From a virus (taxonomy: Duplodnaviria; Caudoviricetes), in the IMG/VR virus record IMGVR_UViG_3300043754_000129, positions 64,001 through 128,000 of that record: 64,000 nt of DNA; one strand, given 5' to 3'. Each line of letters begins with the position of its first letter. The stretch's first letter is position 1. The notes beneath the pieces were generated by a model that ran no database searches, was not told the origin of the DNA, and saw nothing but the letters and a program-made list of their open reading frames with translations. Positions 47,738 to 58,645 of this stretch are shown one piece after another. The translations under genes and the position numbers were made by a program.

Positions 47738-49456
47738 TTAGATAGGACCGTTCGTCATGTTGGTGATTTGGACCGGAAGGCCCGCGACCGACAGCTGCAA
47801 GTCGTTCGTGGTCGTGCGCAGGAAGAACGTCACGAACAGAGTCGTCACATTCGCCAGCGAGACCGTGCTCGTTTGCGTGCTGTTCCACTGCGAGATCGGG
47901 CACTCGATGGACGAGCCATCGGGCAACTGAATCGCGAAGTAGTTCGGCATCGGCAGTGCAGCTTCTTGCGACGGGTCGGTGAGCGGTTGCGTGTTGGTGT
48001 ACAGCGCAGCCAGCCACGCAGCTTGCGTTGCGTAACCCGACGTCAGATTGATCGACCAGTCGTTCGCGGCGATCTCTTGCACTGCGGCCAGGTTGCCCGG
48101 ACCGAACGGCGGTTGCTGACCCGGGGTGAACTGCACTTCCCACGGGTTGGTGTTGGTGCCCGGTTGCAGCAGCGTGATGTACACCGTCTGCGAGAAGATG
48201 TACTCGGTGAAGGTATTCTCCACACTGTTCAGTTGCACCGACGCGGTGATGGCTTGCGTCGTACCGTACGTCAACGGCTGGAACGCCGGCGTCGTCGAGG
48301 TGAAGGTCACCAGACTCGTGACATCCCACCACTCGCTGCGATCCAAGTCGTACAGGTACCATTCCAGACGGTAACCCGACACGGCGTTGATCCACACCGG
48401 GAAGGCGTAGAGCTTGAGCGTGTAGGCGCCATCGTTGTTCGTGGTCTGGGCCGTGTACGTTTCCGTGATGAACAGCTGGTTGTTCACCGAGTTCGCCCCG
48501 TAGACCGCCTCGTCCGAAGACAGGTTGTACTTCAGGATCACCGGGAACTGCTGACCGACCACGGAGCTCACGAACGAATCGAAGCCAAAGATCTGGAACT
48601 TCGTGCCGTCCACCGGCAGCTTCGCCGTCGAGCCGTCGCTGTAATTCACCACACCCATCAAGTTCAACCCGCTCGTGAGAGCGTTAATGGGGAACTGGAT
48701 AAGATTGGGGTTGGTTTGCGAGAGGAAGGCGCATTCGAGCGAGATGCCCGACACGTACTTCACGCTCGTATCCGCGCTGCGAATGAACGCCGAGTTCTCG
48801 ATCAGGAGCTGACGCTTGCTGACCACACCACCCGACGAACTGTAGGCGATCAGCGTGACACACGTGCCGTCGGCCAAGGCCACGTTCGTGTAACACACCG
48901 GCACCGTCATCGCCGTGCCCGTCGAACCATCCGGGTAGGTGACCGTCATCGGCACCGTCGGAATCGCTTGACTGAGCAGCGTACCGTTCTGGTTGTAGAG
49001 CGCGCTGATACAGTTGTTGTTGTTCGAGAAGTCGTCGCCCGTGAAGATCTTGATCGAGGCGACTTCCGGACCCGGGAAGTAGAGTGCCTGATCGACACCC
49101 AGCTCGAATGGGATCACGCTTTGATCCAGGTACACGCGGAACGTGTCCGCTTGCGTGCCCGGACCCACGCCTTGCAGCAAGTCGCCCGTGGTCATCACCG
49201 CGTTCGGCGCCGTGGTCAATGCGACCAGCGTCGGGATATACGTGGTCGGGTCCACATACGTCACCCGGTACCACGCGTTCGCCCCCTTGTTGTCCACGAC
49301 GTAATCGTTGACACTCGGGATGTACATGTTGCTGCCCGCTTGGCCGCGATAGATCTGGTACAGCGACCAGATCGTGAACAGACCATTGTTGATGCTGCTA
49401 CCGAGAATCGGCACAGCACCATCGGAGCCAGTCGGTAAGTTTACCGTCGTTGCCAT
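47738..49456 (-). CDS. Virion structural protein (phiKZ gp26 position)
   Basis: 572 aa, T/N/V-rich beta composition, directly upstream of terminase. Confidence 0.65.
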   Translation of the reverse strand: MATTVNLPTGSDGAVPILGSSINNGLFTIWSLYQIYRGQAGSNMYIPSVNDYVVDNKGANAWYRVTYVDPTTYIPTLVALTTAPNAVMTTGDLLQGVGPGTQADTFRVYLDQSVIPFELGVDQALYFPGPEVASIKIFTGDDFSNNNNCISALYNQNGTLLSQAIPTVPMTVTYPDGSTGTAMTVPVCYTNVALADGTCVTLIAYSSSGGVVSKRQLLIENSAFIRSADTSVKYVSGISLECAFLSQTNPNLIQFPINALTSGLNLMGVVNYSDGSTAKLPVDGTKFQIFGFDSFVSSVVGQQFPVILKYNLSSDEAVYGANSVNNQLFITETYTAQTTNNDGAYTLKLYAFPVWINAVSGYRLEWYLYDLDRSEWWDVTSLVTFTSTTPAFQPLTYGTTQAITASVQLNSVENTFTEYIFSQTVYITLLQPGTNTNPWEVQFTPGQQPPFGPGNLAAVQEIAANDWSINLTSGYATQAAWLAALYTNTQPLTDPSQEAALPMPNYFAIQLPDGSSIECPISQWNSTQTSTVSLANVTTLFVTFFLRTTTNDLQLSVAGLPVQITNMTNGPI

Positions 49457-49470
49457 CTAGTCACTCCAGG

Positions 49471-52101
49471 TTAAACGGAACCGGTCTGATCGCCCGTGCC
49501 TTGAGTACCACCCAAGACCGTGACAGTCACCAAACCGCTGAGGCTCACCAGCCCATTCGTGTAAAGCGCCATCACGCGGGTCAAGAAGTTGTACGCGTAC
49601 AACGAGAGCGCGATCGGCACATTCTGATTGTGCGGGCGAATCACCACAAAATTCGGATCCGGTTGCAGGTTGGGCTGCGTCGGATCGAAGGCGAGCAGGT
49701 ACTCATACTGCGAGCACACACTGCGCACCAACGTGTCGTTATAGAACGACTTGAACTGCGTCTGGTCGATCGTGCCGTTGACCAGGTCGTAGATGATCTT
49801 GCACAGGAACGGACTGAAGATCTGGTACTTGCCGTTGATCACATCCGGCCCCGACGCTTCAGGCAGCGGATAGAACTTCGTCATGTAGTCCGTGAGCGCA
49901 GCATCGACGGCCTTCGACTTGGCGCGGTAGCTGTAGGTGTCTTCATTGGTCACCCCCAGCATCGGCACCACCTGGCGCTGGATCATGTACGGTTGCCCGT
50001 TGTCTGCACTCGGCGACAGAATCTGTGCACTCGTTTCCGGGAACTTGAGCGAGCTCATCGGGAACACGCCACCGCCGACCGTGAATCGCAGCACCTCATC
50101 GTCGAGGATGGTGTACTGGTTCGTGTTGGCCAAGAGACCATACTGCACGAAGCCCACTTGCGTGTCGTCGGTTGGCATCGACAGATCTGAGTTGCAGAAA
50201 CCCTGCCAGCGAATCGTGATCGCCTGCTGGTTCGTGCCCGGGAAGTAGAGCGCGTTGATGTTGTTGATCATGAGGCTCGGGAAGTTGAGCACATAATCCA
50301 AACCCGGGATGAGCGTACGCCCATTCAGGAACACATCGAACTGTCCCATCGGAATCTGCATCCCGAAGAGTTGCAGCAGGAAGTTGCGGATCCCCAGCTG
50401 TTGCAGCTGAATCTCCAGCGCCCCTTCCGTCGGCTCAATGAAGAGCGTGTAGGCAAGCATCGACTTGTTGCTGCGCACACAGGTGTAGTACTCAGTCGTG
50501 CTGAGGTTCCACGTGAGCGTGCCGTTCAGAATCGAGTAGTAGGCCGACCCCGTCACATCTTGCCAGACATACGTGGGCTGACCCGTCACCTGATTGATCG
50601 GACAGATGTACATCCGGTAGTCGAGCGCAGTGTTCACCGTTTGCGTCGCTTGGCCGTAGGTGTCATCGATCTGCTGGCTGGCCGAACCCGAGAGCACTTC
50701 CACGAGCGCACAGTTGCTGTTGGCACACGTGTAAGCGCCACCCGACGTATGACCATAGAAGCCGAGCAGCGTACCGTTGCTGTCGTATTCCCACGCCGTA
50801 GAGTTGTCTTGCAGGTTGTAGGGCAGCGTCACAATCAACTGGCCCGATTCCAACACTGGCACCAGCGGACAGGCTCCCACCAAATTGGCTACGGCATTAT
50901 AGCCGTACGCATCTTCCACGTTCTGACGCGTGATGCCCGTGCCCGGCTTGCTCATGATCTGGGCGTACTGGCTTGCTTCGAGCGTCGCCGCTTGCCAGTT
51001 CGTGAGCGTCGAATTCACCCCCACCATCGCCGACATGATCTCTTGATCGGGCAGCGTGTAGAGATCCAGAATCCGGTTGTTCTCGTAGACGAGCGGGCGT
51101 GCAAACGCACCCTTGCGGATATGCAGCCGCACCGTCACATTCGCGGCGCTATCCCACGTCGGTTGCGCGGCCACGTAGCCTGCCACGTAAGCCGTCGGAA
51201 TCGAGTAGTCGCGGTGCGTCACGTTACGGATCGCGTCGCCCAGATTGTGGTGGTAGTACACACCCTTCGTCACGCCGTTGCCGACGTTGTAGTACACGAA
51301 CACATCGACGTCGTTGGCGAAGTCAATGTAGTTGTCGCTAGAGCCCTCGTAGTGCAAGAGGTACTTGTACTTGTTGTCGAGCGTCGAGTTGAAACTCGGC
51401 AGGTTCTCGAACGGGAAGTCCACCACCCGGTAGATGGAGGTGTCGTAGACGTATTCCACCACGTCGCCGATCTTCACCGTCTGGATGTTGATCTGGTTGA
51501 CCTTGTAGCCATTCACGAAGGCGTACACGGCCCCCACTCCCGAATTCGAGAGCGAAGCGATCGTGTTCTGAATCGTGAGGATATCCTTGTTGACTGCTGG
51601 CACCGCACCCGCAGTCTGGATGGAGTTCTGTGCGGACCCCGCATGTGCACGTGCACTACGGAAGAACGCGTTGCTGTACACCCGCATGAAGAGTGCGTTG
51701 GTGTCCAGGCTCACCGGAATCGTCGGCTGCACCTTCACCGCCACGATGATCGCCTTGTCCGGTGTGACCATGTAGTAGCTTTGGAAGCGCGGCCATTCGT
51801 AACCGTTTGCCGTGTACAGATCGACCATCAGATTCATCGCGTTCATCGCGCTGCTGATCGTCTGCCAGGTCGACGCTTTGGGGAAGAGCCCCAACATGCG
51901 CGGGTTGACCTGACCAATCCAGTACACGTGATAGAGTTCACCTTGCGTAGGCAACGTGATGTTCTGCCACATGACCTGGTAACTGTTCAACTCTCCGCCA
52001 TCGGGAGTCAAACGTGCAAGCTCAAAGTAGTCTTGCTTTTCATTCGTCGGGGAGCACCACACGTTGCGCAGTGCATTGTCGACTAAGTAATCAAAAGCCA
52101 T
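49471..52101 (-). CDS. Large virion structural protein (phiKZ gp27 position)
   Basis: About 876 aa from MAFDYLV...NVWCSP; conserved order gp28-gp27-gp26-terminase. Confidence 0.7.
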   Translation of the reverse strand: MAFDYLVDNALRNVWCSPTNEKQDYFELARLTPDGGELNSYQVMWQNITLPTQGELYHVYWIGQVNPRMLGLFPKASTWQTISSAMNAMNLMVDLYTANGYEWPRFQSYYMVTPDKAIIVAVKVQPTIPVSLDTNALFMRVYSNAFFRSARAHAGSAQNSIQTAGAVPAVNKDILTIQNTIASLSNSGVGAVYAFVNGYKVNQINIQTVKIGDVVEYVYDTSIYRVVDFPFENLPSFNSTLDNKYKYLLHYEGSSDNYIDFANDVDVFVYYNVGNGVTKGVYYHHNLGDAIRNVTHRDYSIPTAYVAGYVAAQPTWDSAANVTVRLHIRKGAFARPLVYENNRILDLYTLPDQEIMSAMVGVNSTLTNWQAATLEASQYAQIMSKPGTGITRQNVEDAYGYNAVANLVGACPLVPVLESGQLIVTLPYNLQDNSTAWEYDSNGTLLGFYGHTSGGAYTCANSNCALVEVLSGSASQQIDDTYGQATQTVNTALDYRMYICPINQVTGQPTYVWQDVTGSAYYSILNGTLTWNLSTTEYYTCVRSNKSMLAYTLFIEPTEGALEIQLQQLGIRNFLLQLFGMQIPMGQFDVFLNGRTLIPGLDYVLNFPSLMINNINALYFPGTNQQAITIRWQGFCNSDLSMPTDDTQVGFVQYGLLANTNQYTILDDEVLRFTVGGGVFPMSSLKFPETSAQILSPSADNGQPYMIQRQVVPMLGVTNEDTYSYRAKSKAVDAALTDYMTKFYPLPEASGPDVINGKYQIFSPFLCKIIYDLVNGTIDQTQFKSFYNDTLVRSVCSQYEYLLAFDPTQPNLQPDPNFVVIRPHNQNVPIALSLYAYNFLTRVMALYTNGLVSLSGLVTVTVLGGTQGTGDQTGSV

Positions 52102-52167
52102 CTGCGTTCCCGATGTGAGAATAAAACCTGGAGCAGGGCCTTTCGGCACCCGCCCCAGGCATCGTTC

Positions 52168-53088
52168 TTAGGCCGTCGCCATTTGCGTGAGGTTCGTCAC
52201 CGCGCGCACGAATTGCTGACCGCTATCGCGCTTGGCTTGACGCTCCACGAGCTTGGCCAGGGCCGAGTTCTTGTAGGTGCGATCCACGTGCGCGGCGAGC
52301 AACACAGCCAACCACGTCGGCGGATGCTCCGTTGCCACGGCGAGGAGTTCTTGCGAGTGGTAGCCGAACCACGTACCCTTCAGGATCGAGACCAGCACGC
52401 CCGGGTTGAAGTCGTTCAGCCGCACGCTCTTCGTCGCTTCCTTGGCGAGCGCACAGAACACATCGATCTGACCCATCGGGCCACCGATACGATCGAGCAC
52501 TGCGAGCACGTCTTGTGCCGAAGCCTTCGTTGCCCGGGAGACAGCTTGCACGATCTTCATGCGCTTGTCTTCCTTGAAGTCCTCGTTCTCGATGAAGAGA
52601 CCGCCGTAGTAGATACCGGCGCAGATGGCCAGATCCAGTTGCTCACGCATGTCGAGGGCGAAGCGGCGCGCCACGTTCTCACTGATCCACGATGCGTAGA
52701 ACTGCATCGCAGCCGGCGACACGTCGCGCAGCAAACCGAAGTTGCCGTCGATCCACAGGTCGTTGAGTTTCGCACGGTGCACGAGCAGCTCGTACTCCAC
52801 GTTGTTGCGAATCAAGAACTGGCCCTTGACGCGGTCGAACGAACCGAAGGGACGCACGTCGATCGCCAGGCACATTTCGCCTTGGTACTCGAACGGATAC
52901 GGGTGCGCGAACTCCGGAATGGCGCTCGAAGTCGAGCCCACAGCCCGCACTTCGAAGACCCGCGAATTCGGAATACGGCAGAACGCCAGGTCACCTTTGA
53001 CCAGGGCCAACTGGATTCCTTCCGCGACTTTATCCAGCTGATAGCCACTGCACACGGTGGTGTCGTAGGCTGTTGCGAAACGAGTCAT
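52168..53088 (-). CDS. Conserved core protein (phiKZ gp28 position)
   Basis: About 306 aa from MTRFATAYDTT; divergent from the tail sheath gene. Confidence 0.6.
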   Translation of the reverse strand: MTRFATAYDTTVCSGYQLDKVAEGIQLALVKGDLAFCRIPNSRVFEVRAVGSTSSAIPEFAHPYPFEYQGEMCLAIDVRPFGSFDRVKGQFLIRNNVEYELLVHRAKLNDLWIDGNFGLLRDVSPAAMQFYASWISENVARRFALDMREQLDLAICAGIYYGGLFIENEDFKEDKRMKIVQAVSRATKASAQDVLAVLDRIGGPMGQIDVFCALAKEATKSVRLNDFNPGVLVSILKGTWFGYHSQELLAVATEHPPTWLAVLLAAHVDRTYKNSALAKLVERQAKRDSGQQFVRAVTNLTQMATA

Positions 53089-53287
53089 GATCAGATGCCT
53101 CACGTGTTTGTTATGTTAGGCAATTTTTACCTAGCATGATATGTCATAAAAAAGAATCGATCGGACGTCCCCACGAAGGGATGCCCGTGCGCAAGCATGG
53201 GACACACACGTACAGCGTGCGTTCGAATTGTTATGATGCGGCGCATCGTCTTCGAAACCATACCATTTGTTAAACAGGAACACTACC

Positions 53288-55432
53288 ATGACGTCTGCTC
53301 AGATTGTCAATGGCGCTCCGATGACCATCATGCGCGGTACTCAGGATCTGAGCACCGAGCAGGTCACCCCGACGCCGGAACAGATTCCTCAGCATCTTCC
53401 GCTGATCTATCTGTACGCTCAGCAAGGCCCGTTGACGACCGAGCTCGTCTCCGGTGCGGACCTGACCAACATGTACGGTTCGGACACGTTCGACCTGCGC
53501 AAGAAGTGGGCGAACCACGCGACCGTACTCGCGAGCACCGTGAACGCCCAAGGCAACGCTATCCAAGTGAAGCGTATGCAACCGGCCGACGCGGCTCCGC
53601 CCGCCACGCTGCGTCTGTACCTCGACGTGCTGCCCGCGCAGATCACGCAGTACCAGCGCAACAGCGACGGCTCGTTCAAGACCGATGGCTCGGGCAACCC
53701 CGTGCCGGTCACGGGCTCGACGACGACCGCAGCTGGCTACGTGGCCAAGTGGGTCGTGGAACAAGTCACGGAAACGACCACGGACGGCGTGACGACGGAC
53801 GACTTCGGCTCGGCTGAAATCGTTGCCGGCGACCTGACGTACACGGGCGCTTCGGGCACGTCGCAACGCTACCCGATCATGGATCTGCGCGTGCCGTCGT
53901 TCGGCGCGTACGGTAACCTGAACGGTATCCGTCTGTGGGCACCGACGACGCAATCGTCGACGCCGATCAATTCGAACTACCTCGAAACGGACGGCGTGTA
54001 CCCGTTCCGGATCGCTTGCGCGCGCAAGTCGGCAGCGACGGGCACGAGCTCGGTGGTTTCGACGATCAACGGCCAGCAGTACCTGGACTTCACGTTCAAG
54101 CCGAACATGATCGACCTCGACACCGATTCGCAGATCAGCCTGGGTGACATCTTCATCCCGGCCTGGCAAGCACTGAATCAGACGTCGGGTGCGGCAGACC
54201 AGTACGGTCCGTTCGGCCAGCTGTCGATCTACAACGCGAACATCGCCACGCTGCTCGGCATGTTCTACGCAGCGGAATACGCTGTGAACAGCCAGCTCGG
54301 TTCGTTCTCGGACTTCTCGGGCGCGGCTGACGAGCTGTGGAAGTTCAACTTCGTGGGCGGTACGACGTCGCAAGGCGCTCCGTACTCGACGTTCACGATC
54401 AACACGTCGGCCAACGACGCGGCTTACCTGTCGCAAGCCAGCACGCTGTACGCAGCGGGCGGCACGGACGGCACGATGAGCGATACGCTCTTCGCCGGCC
54501 TCGTGACGGATGCCATCGCGGCCTACGCCGATCCGACCAATCCGGTCATGGACATGGTGGGTTCGCCCGAGTCGATCTTCTGGGATTCGGGTTTCCCGTT
54601 GACCACGAAGCAAGCGCTCGCGCAGTTCATCAGCCAGCGTAAGGACACGTTCGTGGTCCTCTCGACGTTCTCCACGCTCAGCCCGATCCTGACGGCCAGC
54701 GAAGAATCGTCGATGGCAGTGGCACTGAAGTCGTACCTCCAGCAGTTCCCGGAGTCCGACTACTTCGGCACGCCTTGCATGCGCGGCATGATCGTCCCGG
54801 GTTCGGGTACGCTCACCGGTTCGCTGTACAACGGTCCGGTCACGGCCAACCTGCCGCTCACGATCGAGCTCGCCTCCAAGGCAGCTGCGTACATGGGCGC
54901 CGGTAACGGTAAGTGGAAGTCGGGCTTCGCGTTCGATTCCGTGCCGGGTTCGGAGATCAACCTGTTCAGCAACATCAACGTGACGTTCTGGCCGGCTACG
55001 GTGCGCAACACCGACTGGACCAACGGCATGGTGGGTGTCGAGCTGTACCAACGTCGCCAGGCGTACTTCCCGGCGCTGAAGACGATTTACGACAACGACA
55101 CGTCGGTGTTGAACTCGTTCTTCAACGCATTCGCGATCTGCTACCTCGAGAAGATCGGGGACATGGCACGCCGCACGTTCTCGGGCATCACGTCCCTGAC
55201 GAACGCGCAGCTGATCACGAACGTGAACAAGTACGTCACGAACGCGGTCAACGGCATCTTCGACAACCGCTTCGTGATCACGCCGAACTGCCAGATCACC
55301 GGCGGCGACGCTCAGCGCGGTTACAGCTGGACGCTGGTCATCGAAATCTTCGCTCCGTCGATGAAGACGGTGGCGACGCTCGAGATCCAGTCGTACCGTC
55401 TGGACAGCCTGTCGGCCACGTCGACGCAGTAA
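53288..55432 (+). CDS. Contractile tail sheath protein (phiKZ gp29-like)
   Basis: About 714 aa; HLPLIYLYAQQGP, WDSGFPL and YFPALKTIYDNDTSVLN; directly upstream of the tube gene. Confidence 0.85.
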   Translation: MTSAQIVNGAPMTIMRGTQDLSTEQVTPTPEQIPQHLPLIYLYAQQGPLTTELVSGADLTNMYGSDTFDLRKKWANHATVLASTVNAQGNAIQVKRMQPADAAPPATLRLYLDVLPAQITQYQRNSDGSFKTDGSGNPVPVTGSTTTAAGYVAKWVVEQVTETTTDGVTTDDFGSAEIVAGDLTYTGASGTSQRYPIMDLRVPSFGAYGNLNGIRLWAPTTQSSTPINSNYLETDGVYPFRIACARKSAATGTSSVVSTINGQQYLDFTFKPNMIDLDTDSQISLGDIFIPAWQALNQTSGAADQYGPFGQLSIYNANIATLLGMFYAAEYAVNSQLGSFSDFSGAADELWKFNFVGGTTSQGAPYSTFTINTSANDAAYLSQASTLYAAGGTDGTMSDTLFAGLVTDAIAAYADPTNPVMDMVGSPESIFWDSGFPLTTKQALAQFISQRKDTFVVLSTFSTLSPILTASEESSMAVALKSYLQQFPESDYFGTPCMRGMIVPGSGTLTGSLYNGPVTANLPLTIELASKAAAYMGAGNGKWKSGFAFDSVPGSEINLFSNINVTFWPATVRNTDWTNGMVGVELYQRRQAYFPALKTIYDNDTSVLNSFFNAFAICYLEKIGDMARRTFSGITSLTNAQLITNVNKYVTNAVNGIFDNRFVITPNCQITGGDAQRGYSWTLVIEIFAPSMKTVATLEIQSYRLDSLSATSTQ

Positions 55433-55492
55433 GCTCTTAAGGGGAGGGCTTCGGCCCTTCCCGTTACCCTCAGCTTTTAGGAGCAAACCAAA

Positions 55493-56470
55493 ATGGCACG
55501 TCTTGCAAACGCCATTCTGCAAAACACGTCGGCGTTCGCCCAAGGGCACAACTCGCCGATGCTGGACTTGCAGTATGGTGGTCAGATGGGCTTCACGCCC
55601 AACTACACGCAGTGGGTCAGCAACCAGCAGTACATTCGCAAGAACCTGATCTGCTTGCTGATCGAAGCCCCGATCGGCTTCCAGTACCTGCCGAACCCGG
55701 ATGTGTGGGTCGGTACGCTGCGCGCCCTCGTTGAACTGCACGCAATCCGCATCACGGGCCTGAACGCTCGTCTGACGGTGGAAGTTGCCGAAACGCCGGT
55801 CGGCGGTGGCGGTAACATGCAGCAGGATCCGACGAACGTCACGCGTGAGCGTTCGGTGCCTCAGTTCTCGTGGAACGAAAAGTACGGCATGCCCGTCAAC
55901 ATGTTCCACCAGGGCTGGATCACGAACCTCATCATGGATCCGGACACGAAGTTCGCGAATGTCGCGACTCTGTCGACGGACAGCACGTATGGTCCTCCGA
56001 CCGACATGCTGGCGGACATGTACTCGGCCACGATGATCTTCATCGAACCGGATCCGACCCACACGCGTGTGGTGAAGAGCTGGCTGGTCACGAACATGTT
56101 CCCGCTCTCGACGGGCGACATCACGGGTCAGCGCGACCTCACGACGGCTCAGGAAAACCTGACGGTCGACATCACGTACTCGGGCATCGCTCAGTACTCG
56201 CTCGGCGTGGATGCGTTCGCTCAGCAGCTGCTCACCTCGATCAGCATCGCGGGCGCGAACCCCTACACCGAGAACGCCTTCGTTCAAGCGATCGAAGCCG
56301 TGGTGTCGTCGACGACGACGGGTTACCAGAACGAAGTGGCCGACATCGCTGCCAACCAAGTGGATCCGGTTTCGGATACGCTGGCAACGGGCGAAGCCAT
56401 CTCGTCGAGCATGGTGACGGACGCGCAGGATTCGACGACGGCAGTCGGTACGTCGGGCGTCTTCGCTTAA
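55493..56470 (+). CDS. Tail tube protein (phiKZ gp30-like)
   Basis: 325 aa; follows the sheath; WLVTNMFP and DPDTKFAN; strong RBS. Confidence 0.8.
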   Translation: MARLANAILQNTSAFAQGHNSPMLDLQYGGQMGFTPNYTQWVSNQQYIRKNLICLLIEAPIGFQYLPNPDVWVGTLRALVELHAIRITGLNARLTVEVAETPVGGGGNMQQDPTNVTRERSVPQFSWNEKYGMPVNMFHQGWITNLIMDPDTKFANVATLSTDSTYGPPTDMLADMYSATMIFIEPDPTHTRVVKSWLVTNMFPLSTGDITGQRDLTTAQENLTVDITYSGIAQYSLGVDAFAQQLLTSISIAGANPYTENAFVQAIEAVVSSTTTGYQNEVADIAANQVDPVSDTLATGEAISSSMVTDAQDSTTAVGTSGVFA

Positions 56471-56491
56471 CCGCCAAAAAAAGAAGTAGGC

Positions 56492-56530
56492 GGCATAATG
56501 CCCCAGCCTCACGGCTGGGGCTTTTATGAC
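56492..56530. terminator. Terminator cassette after the tail tube gene
   Basis: GGCATA...CCCCAGCC-TCAC-GGCTGGGG-CTTTTATGAC. Confidence 0.8.
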
Positions 56531-56741
56531 GTCAGCTCACAAGAGGTAGAGTTCACCCGAGATGATCAGGCTGGCATAGAAGCGCATGTCGCCACGAACA
56601 GTCAGGGGCAGTCTGCGTTGCCGATCGCTTTCGATATGAAACACGAGCCAGCGAATGATGCCGCGCGAGTTGGCGAGAGCAGGAAACTTCTGCACGACAT
56701 CTTCAACATATCTGAGACGCATGGTAACTCCTCAGGAGAGA

Positions 56742-56775
56742 GCATAAAGCCCGGGTTGCCCCGGGCGCCTATGCC
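56742..56775. terminator. Terminator cassette after RNA ligase
   Basis: GCATA...GCCCGGG-TTGC-CCCGGGC...TATGCC. Confidence 0.7.
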
Positions 56776-56782
56776 GTTAGCT

Positions 56783-58129
56783 TTACGCCGTTGCTTCAGC
56801 AGGTTGTGCAGCTTCTGCTTCCACAGCCGCTGCTTCTTCCTTCGCTTCCTTTTCCAGCCAAGCGTTGGAGATGACCTTGAAGCTCTTGCCCGTTTCGTTG
56901 TCCTTGTAGACGACGCCTTCGCGCTTGCGCTTGCTGTCGAAGTAGCCCGGACCGTCGGCCTTCTTCAGCAAGTCCTTCATGTCTGCCGGCAGCTTCAGGT
57001 TTGCATCCAGCACGGGGATGTAGTCCAGCCCCAGTTGGTAAGCGATCTGACGCGCTTGACGCGGGTTGCACAAGAGGTTGCCGTTCAGGTAAGCACGGTA
57101 CATGTAGAACCGCACTTCGTTCAGACCTTCCTTGTTCTTGTTGTAACCCGGGCCAACCATCTCGCCCTGGATCGTGATCTTCTTGTCGCCCACGAACGGA
57201 ATGGCGCTGCTGTTCGCGTTCAGGGCTGCCAGACGACCACCGATGTCGTTGCGATGGAAGTAGGCCACCGTGGCATGCGACTGTGCAATGAAGCCCGACT
57301 TGTAGACCGGACGGGTCACTGCACCACCGCGCAGCTTACGCCACACGAAGCGGATCCAGTCGCTCACGAACACCCGCCGGCTTTCGCTCTTGGTGTACGG
57401 CACGTCCTTCACACGCAGGGCGTGGTTACGCGAGGCGGCACCGATTTCGCTCGTGTCCAGGTTCGTGTAGAATGTGGTGGATTCGCCGTCGAGTTTGATC
57501 GACAGTTCGCCATCACCACCAGCTTCCACCATCTGCTCGTAGAAGCCCTTCAGGTTCTGCACGCGCTCTTCGTCGGACTTCACGTGACCGTTCGGCCACG
57601 GCAGCTGCCCGTGTTGCACGATGCCCTTCGTCAGACGCGCACGGAAGCGCTCGAGCACGCCACTGAAACCCTTGCGCTCTTGTTCTTCACCAGCGGCCGC
57701 AGCATAGAGCTTGGCTTCTTCCGGCGAGACGTACTTGAGCACGCCGAGCGCATTGGTGACGTTCTGGCCGATCGACGCGCCTTCGGCATCCGTACCCACC
57801 AGATAGCTCATCGGCAGCGCCAGGCCCTGGGAAAGCGCCCCACGCAGGCGAATCGTCTTGATGGTGGCGAACTCCTTGTTCGTCCCCTTCTCGACGCGCA
57901 CGCGCAGGTACTTCTTGTCGAAGTCTTTCCACAGCGGATGATCCAGCGGAATCGCTGCATCGATTTCGAAGTAGACCACCGGTTCGCCGACCTGGTGTTC
58001 ACCCTTCATCACCACCACTTCCCAGCCCCCAACGACTGCGATCTCCAGGCGATCTGCCTTGGGGACCGGAAGCAGCTTTTCAATCTGCACAATCCGTGCC
58101 AGTTCCCGCGTATCTTCTTTGACGAACAT
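56783..58129 (-). CDS. RNA ligase (Rnl2/DRB0094-type, with N-terminal OB-like module)
   Basis: Motif I KLDGES, IQGEMVGPG, REGVVYK and SFKVISN; N-terminal ARIVQIEKLLPVPKADRLE...GWEVVV. Confidence 0.9.
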   Translation of the reverse strand: MFVKEDTRELARIVQIEKLLPVPKADRLEIAVVGGWEVVVMKGEHQVGEPVVYFEIDAAIPLDHPLWKDFDKKYLRVRVEKGTNKEFATIKTIRLRGALSQGLALPMSYLVGTDAEGASIGQNVTNALGVLKYVSPEEAKLYAAAAGEEQERKGFSGVLERFRARLTKGIVQHGQLPWPNGHVKSDEERVQNLKGFYEQMVEAGGDGELSIKLDGESTTFYTNLDTSEIGAASRNHALRVKDVPYTKSESRRVFVSDWIRFVWRKLRGGAVTRPVYKSGFIAQSHATVAYFHRNDIGGRLAALNANSSAIPFVGDKKITIQGEMVGPGYNKNKEGLNEVRFYMYRAYLNGNLLCNPRQARQIAYQLGLDYIPVLDANLKLPADMKDLLKKADGPGYFDSKRKREGVVYKDNETGKSFKVISNAWLEKEAKEEAAAVEAEAAQPAEATA

Positions 58130-58166
58130 CGTGTTGTTTCTCGTTCTAAGTTGTAGAGAGTACTGC

Positions 58167-58394
58167 TTACCGCTTGCGATTCATCGTGCGGCAGTAATAG
58201 AGGAACAAGCCGATGCGCTTGTAAATCCAGTACGGCCACGCGAGAATCAAGAAAACCGTCGCCATCCAGTAAGCGAGCCTACTGTTTTGGCAAGTGTCTA
58301 CGAGGGCCTGGTGTGCGTCCTTCTCCCGGCTAAACCAGAAGAGCCCCAGAATCAGGTAGATGACGCCAGCGTAGAGGAGTATCGTTTTAATCAC
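58167..58394 (-). CDS. Small membrane protein
   Basis: 75 aa with two hydrophobic helices. Confidence 0.6.
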   Translation of the reverse strand: MIKTILLYAGVIYLILGLFWFSREKDAHQALVDTCQNSRLAYWMATVFLILAWPYWIYKRIGLFLYYCRTMNRKR

Positions 58395-58411
58395 AGTCAG
58401 GCCCCGTATGG

Positions 58412-58645
58412 TTATTTGGACTTCTTACGCGAGAAGGTGCAGAAATACACCGCTCGCCAGATCCAGCGACTCACCGGCCAGAAGACGATGAGCAACAGCG
58501 CGACGAGCGGTGCTACGCGCGGATGGTAACGACTGAATGCCACCATCGGGTCGTGCAACAGCGGTACACGGCGAAGGTGTCGGATCCCCAGATAGAACCA
58601 TACCAAAGCTATCGCGAGGACCACGAGGTCATGCTTCAGATACAT
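58412..58645 (-). CDS. Small membrane protein
   Basis: About 77 aa from MYLKHD; two hydrophobic helices with a LxxWP motif like its neighbour. Confidence 0.55.
   Translation of the reverse strand: MYLKHDLVVLAIALVWFYLGIRHLRRVPLLHDPMVAFSRYHPRVAPLVALLLIVFWPVSRWIWRAVYFCTFSRKKSK

Noticed and set aside
47652-48395. N-terminal extension of terminase in the 1002-aa ORF
   Set aside because: It overlaps the upstream structural gene in another frame; the real start is likely MILFADDW at 47651.
53270-56512. 1080-aa minus-strand ORF, and similar long antisense ORFs (e.g. 16045-17976, 14057-15937, 22684-24363, 47768-49438, 50371-52086)
   Set aside because: Shadow frames opposite genes with strong C/G-ending codon bias; R/V/H-rich nonsense composition, no RBS or motifs.
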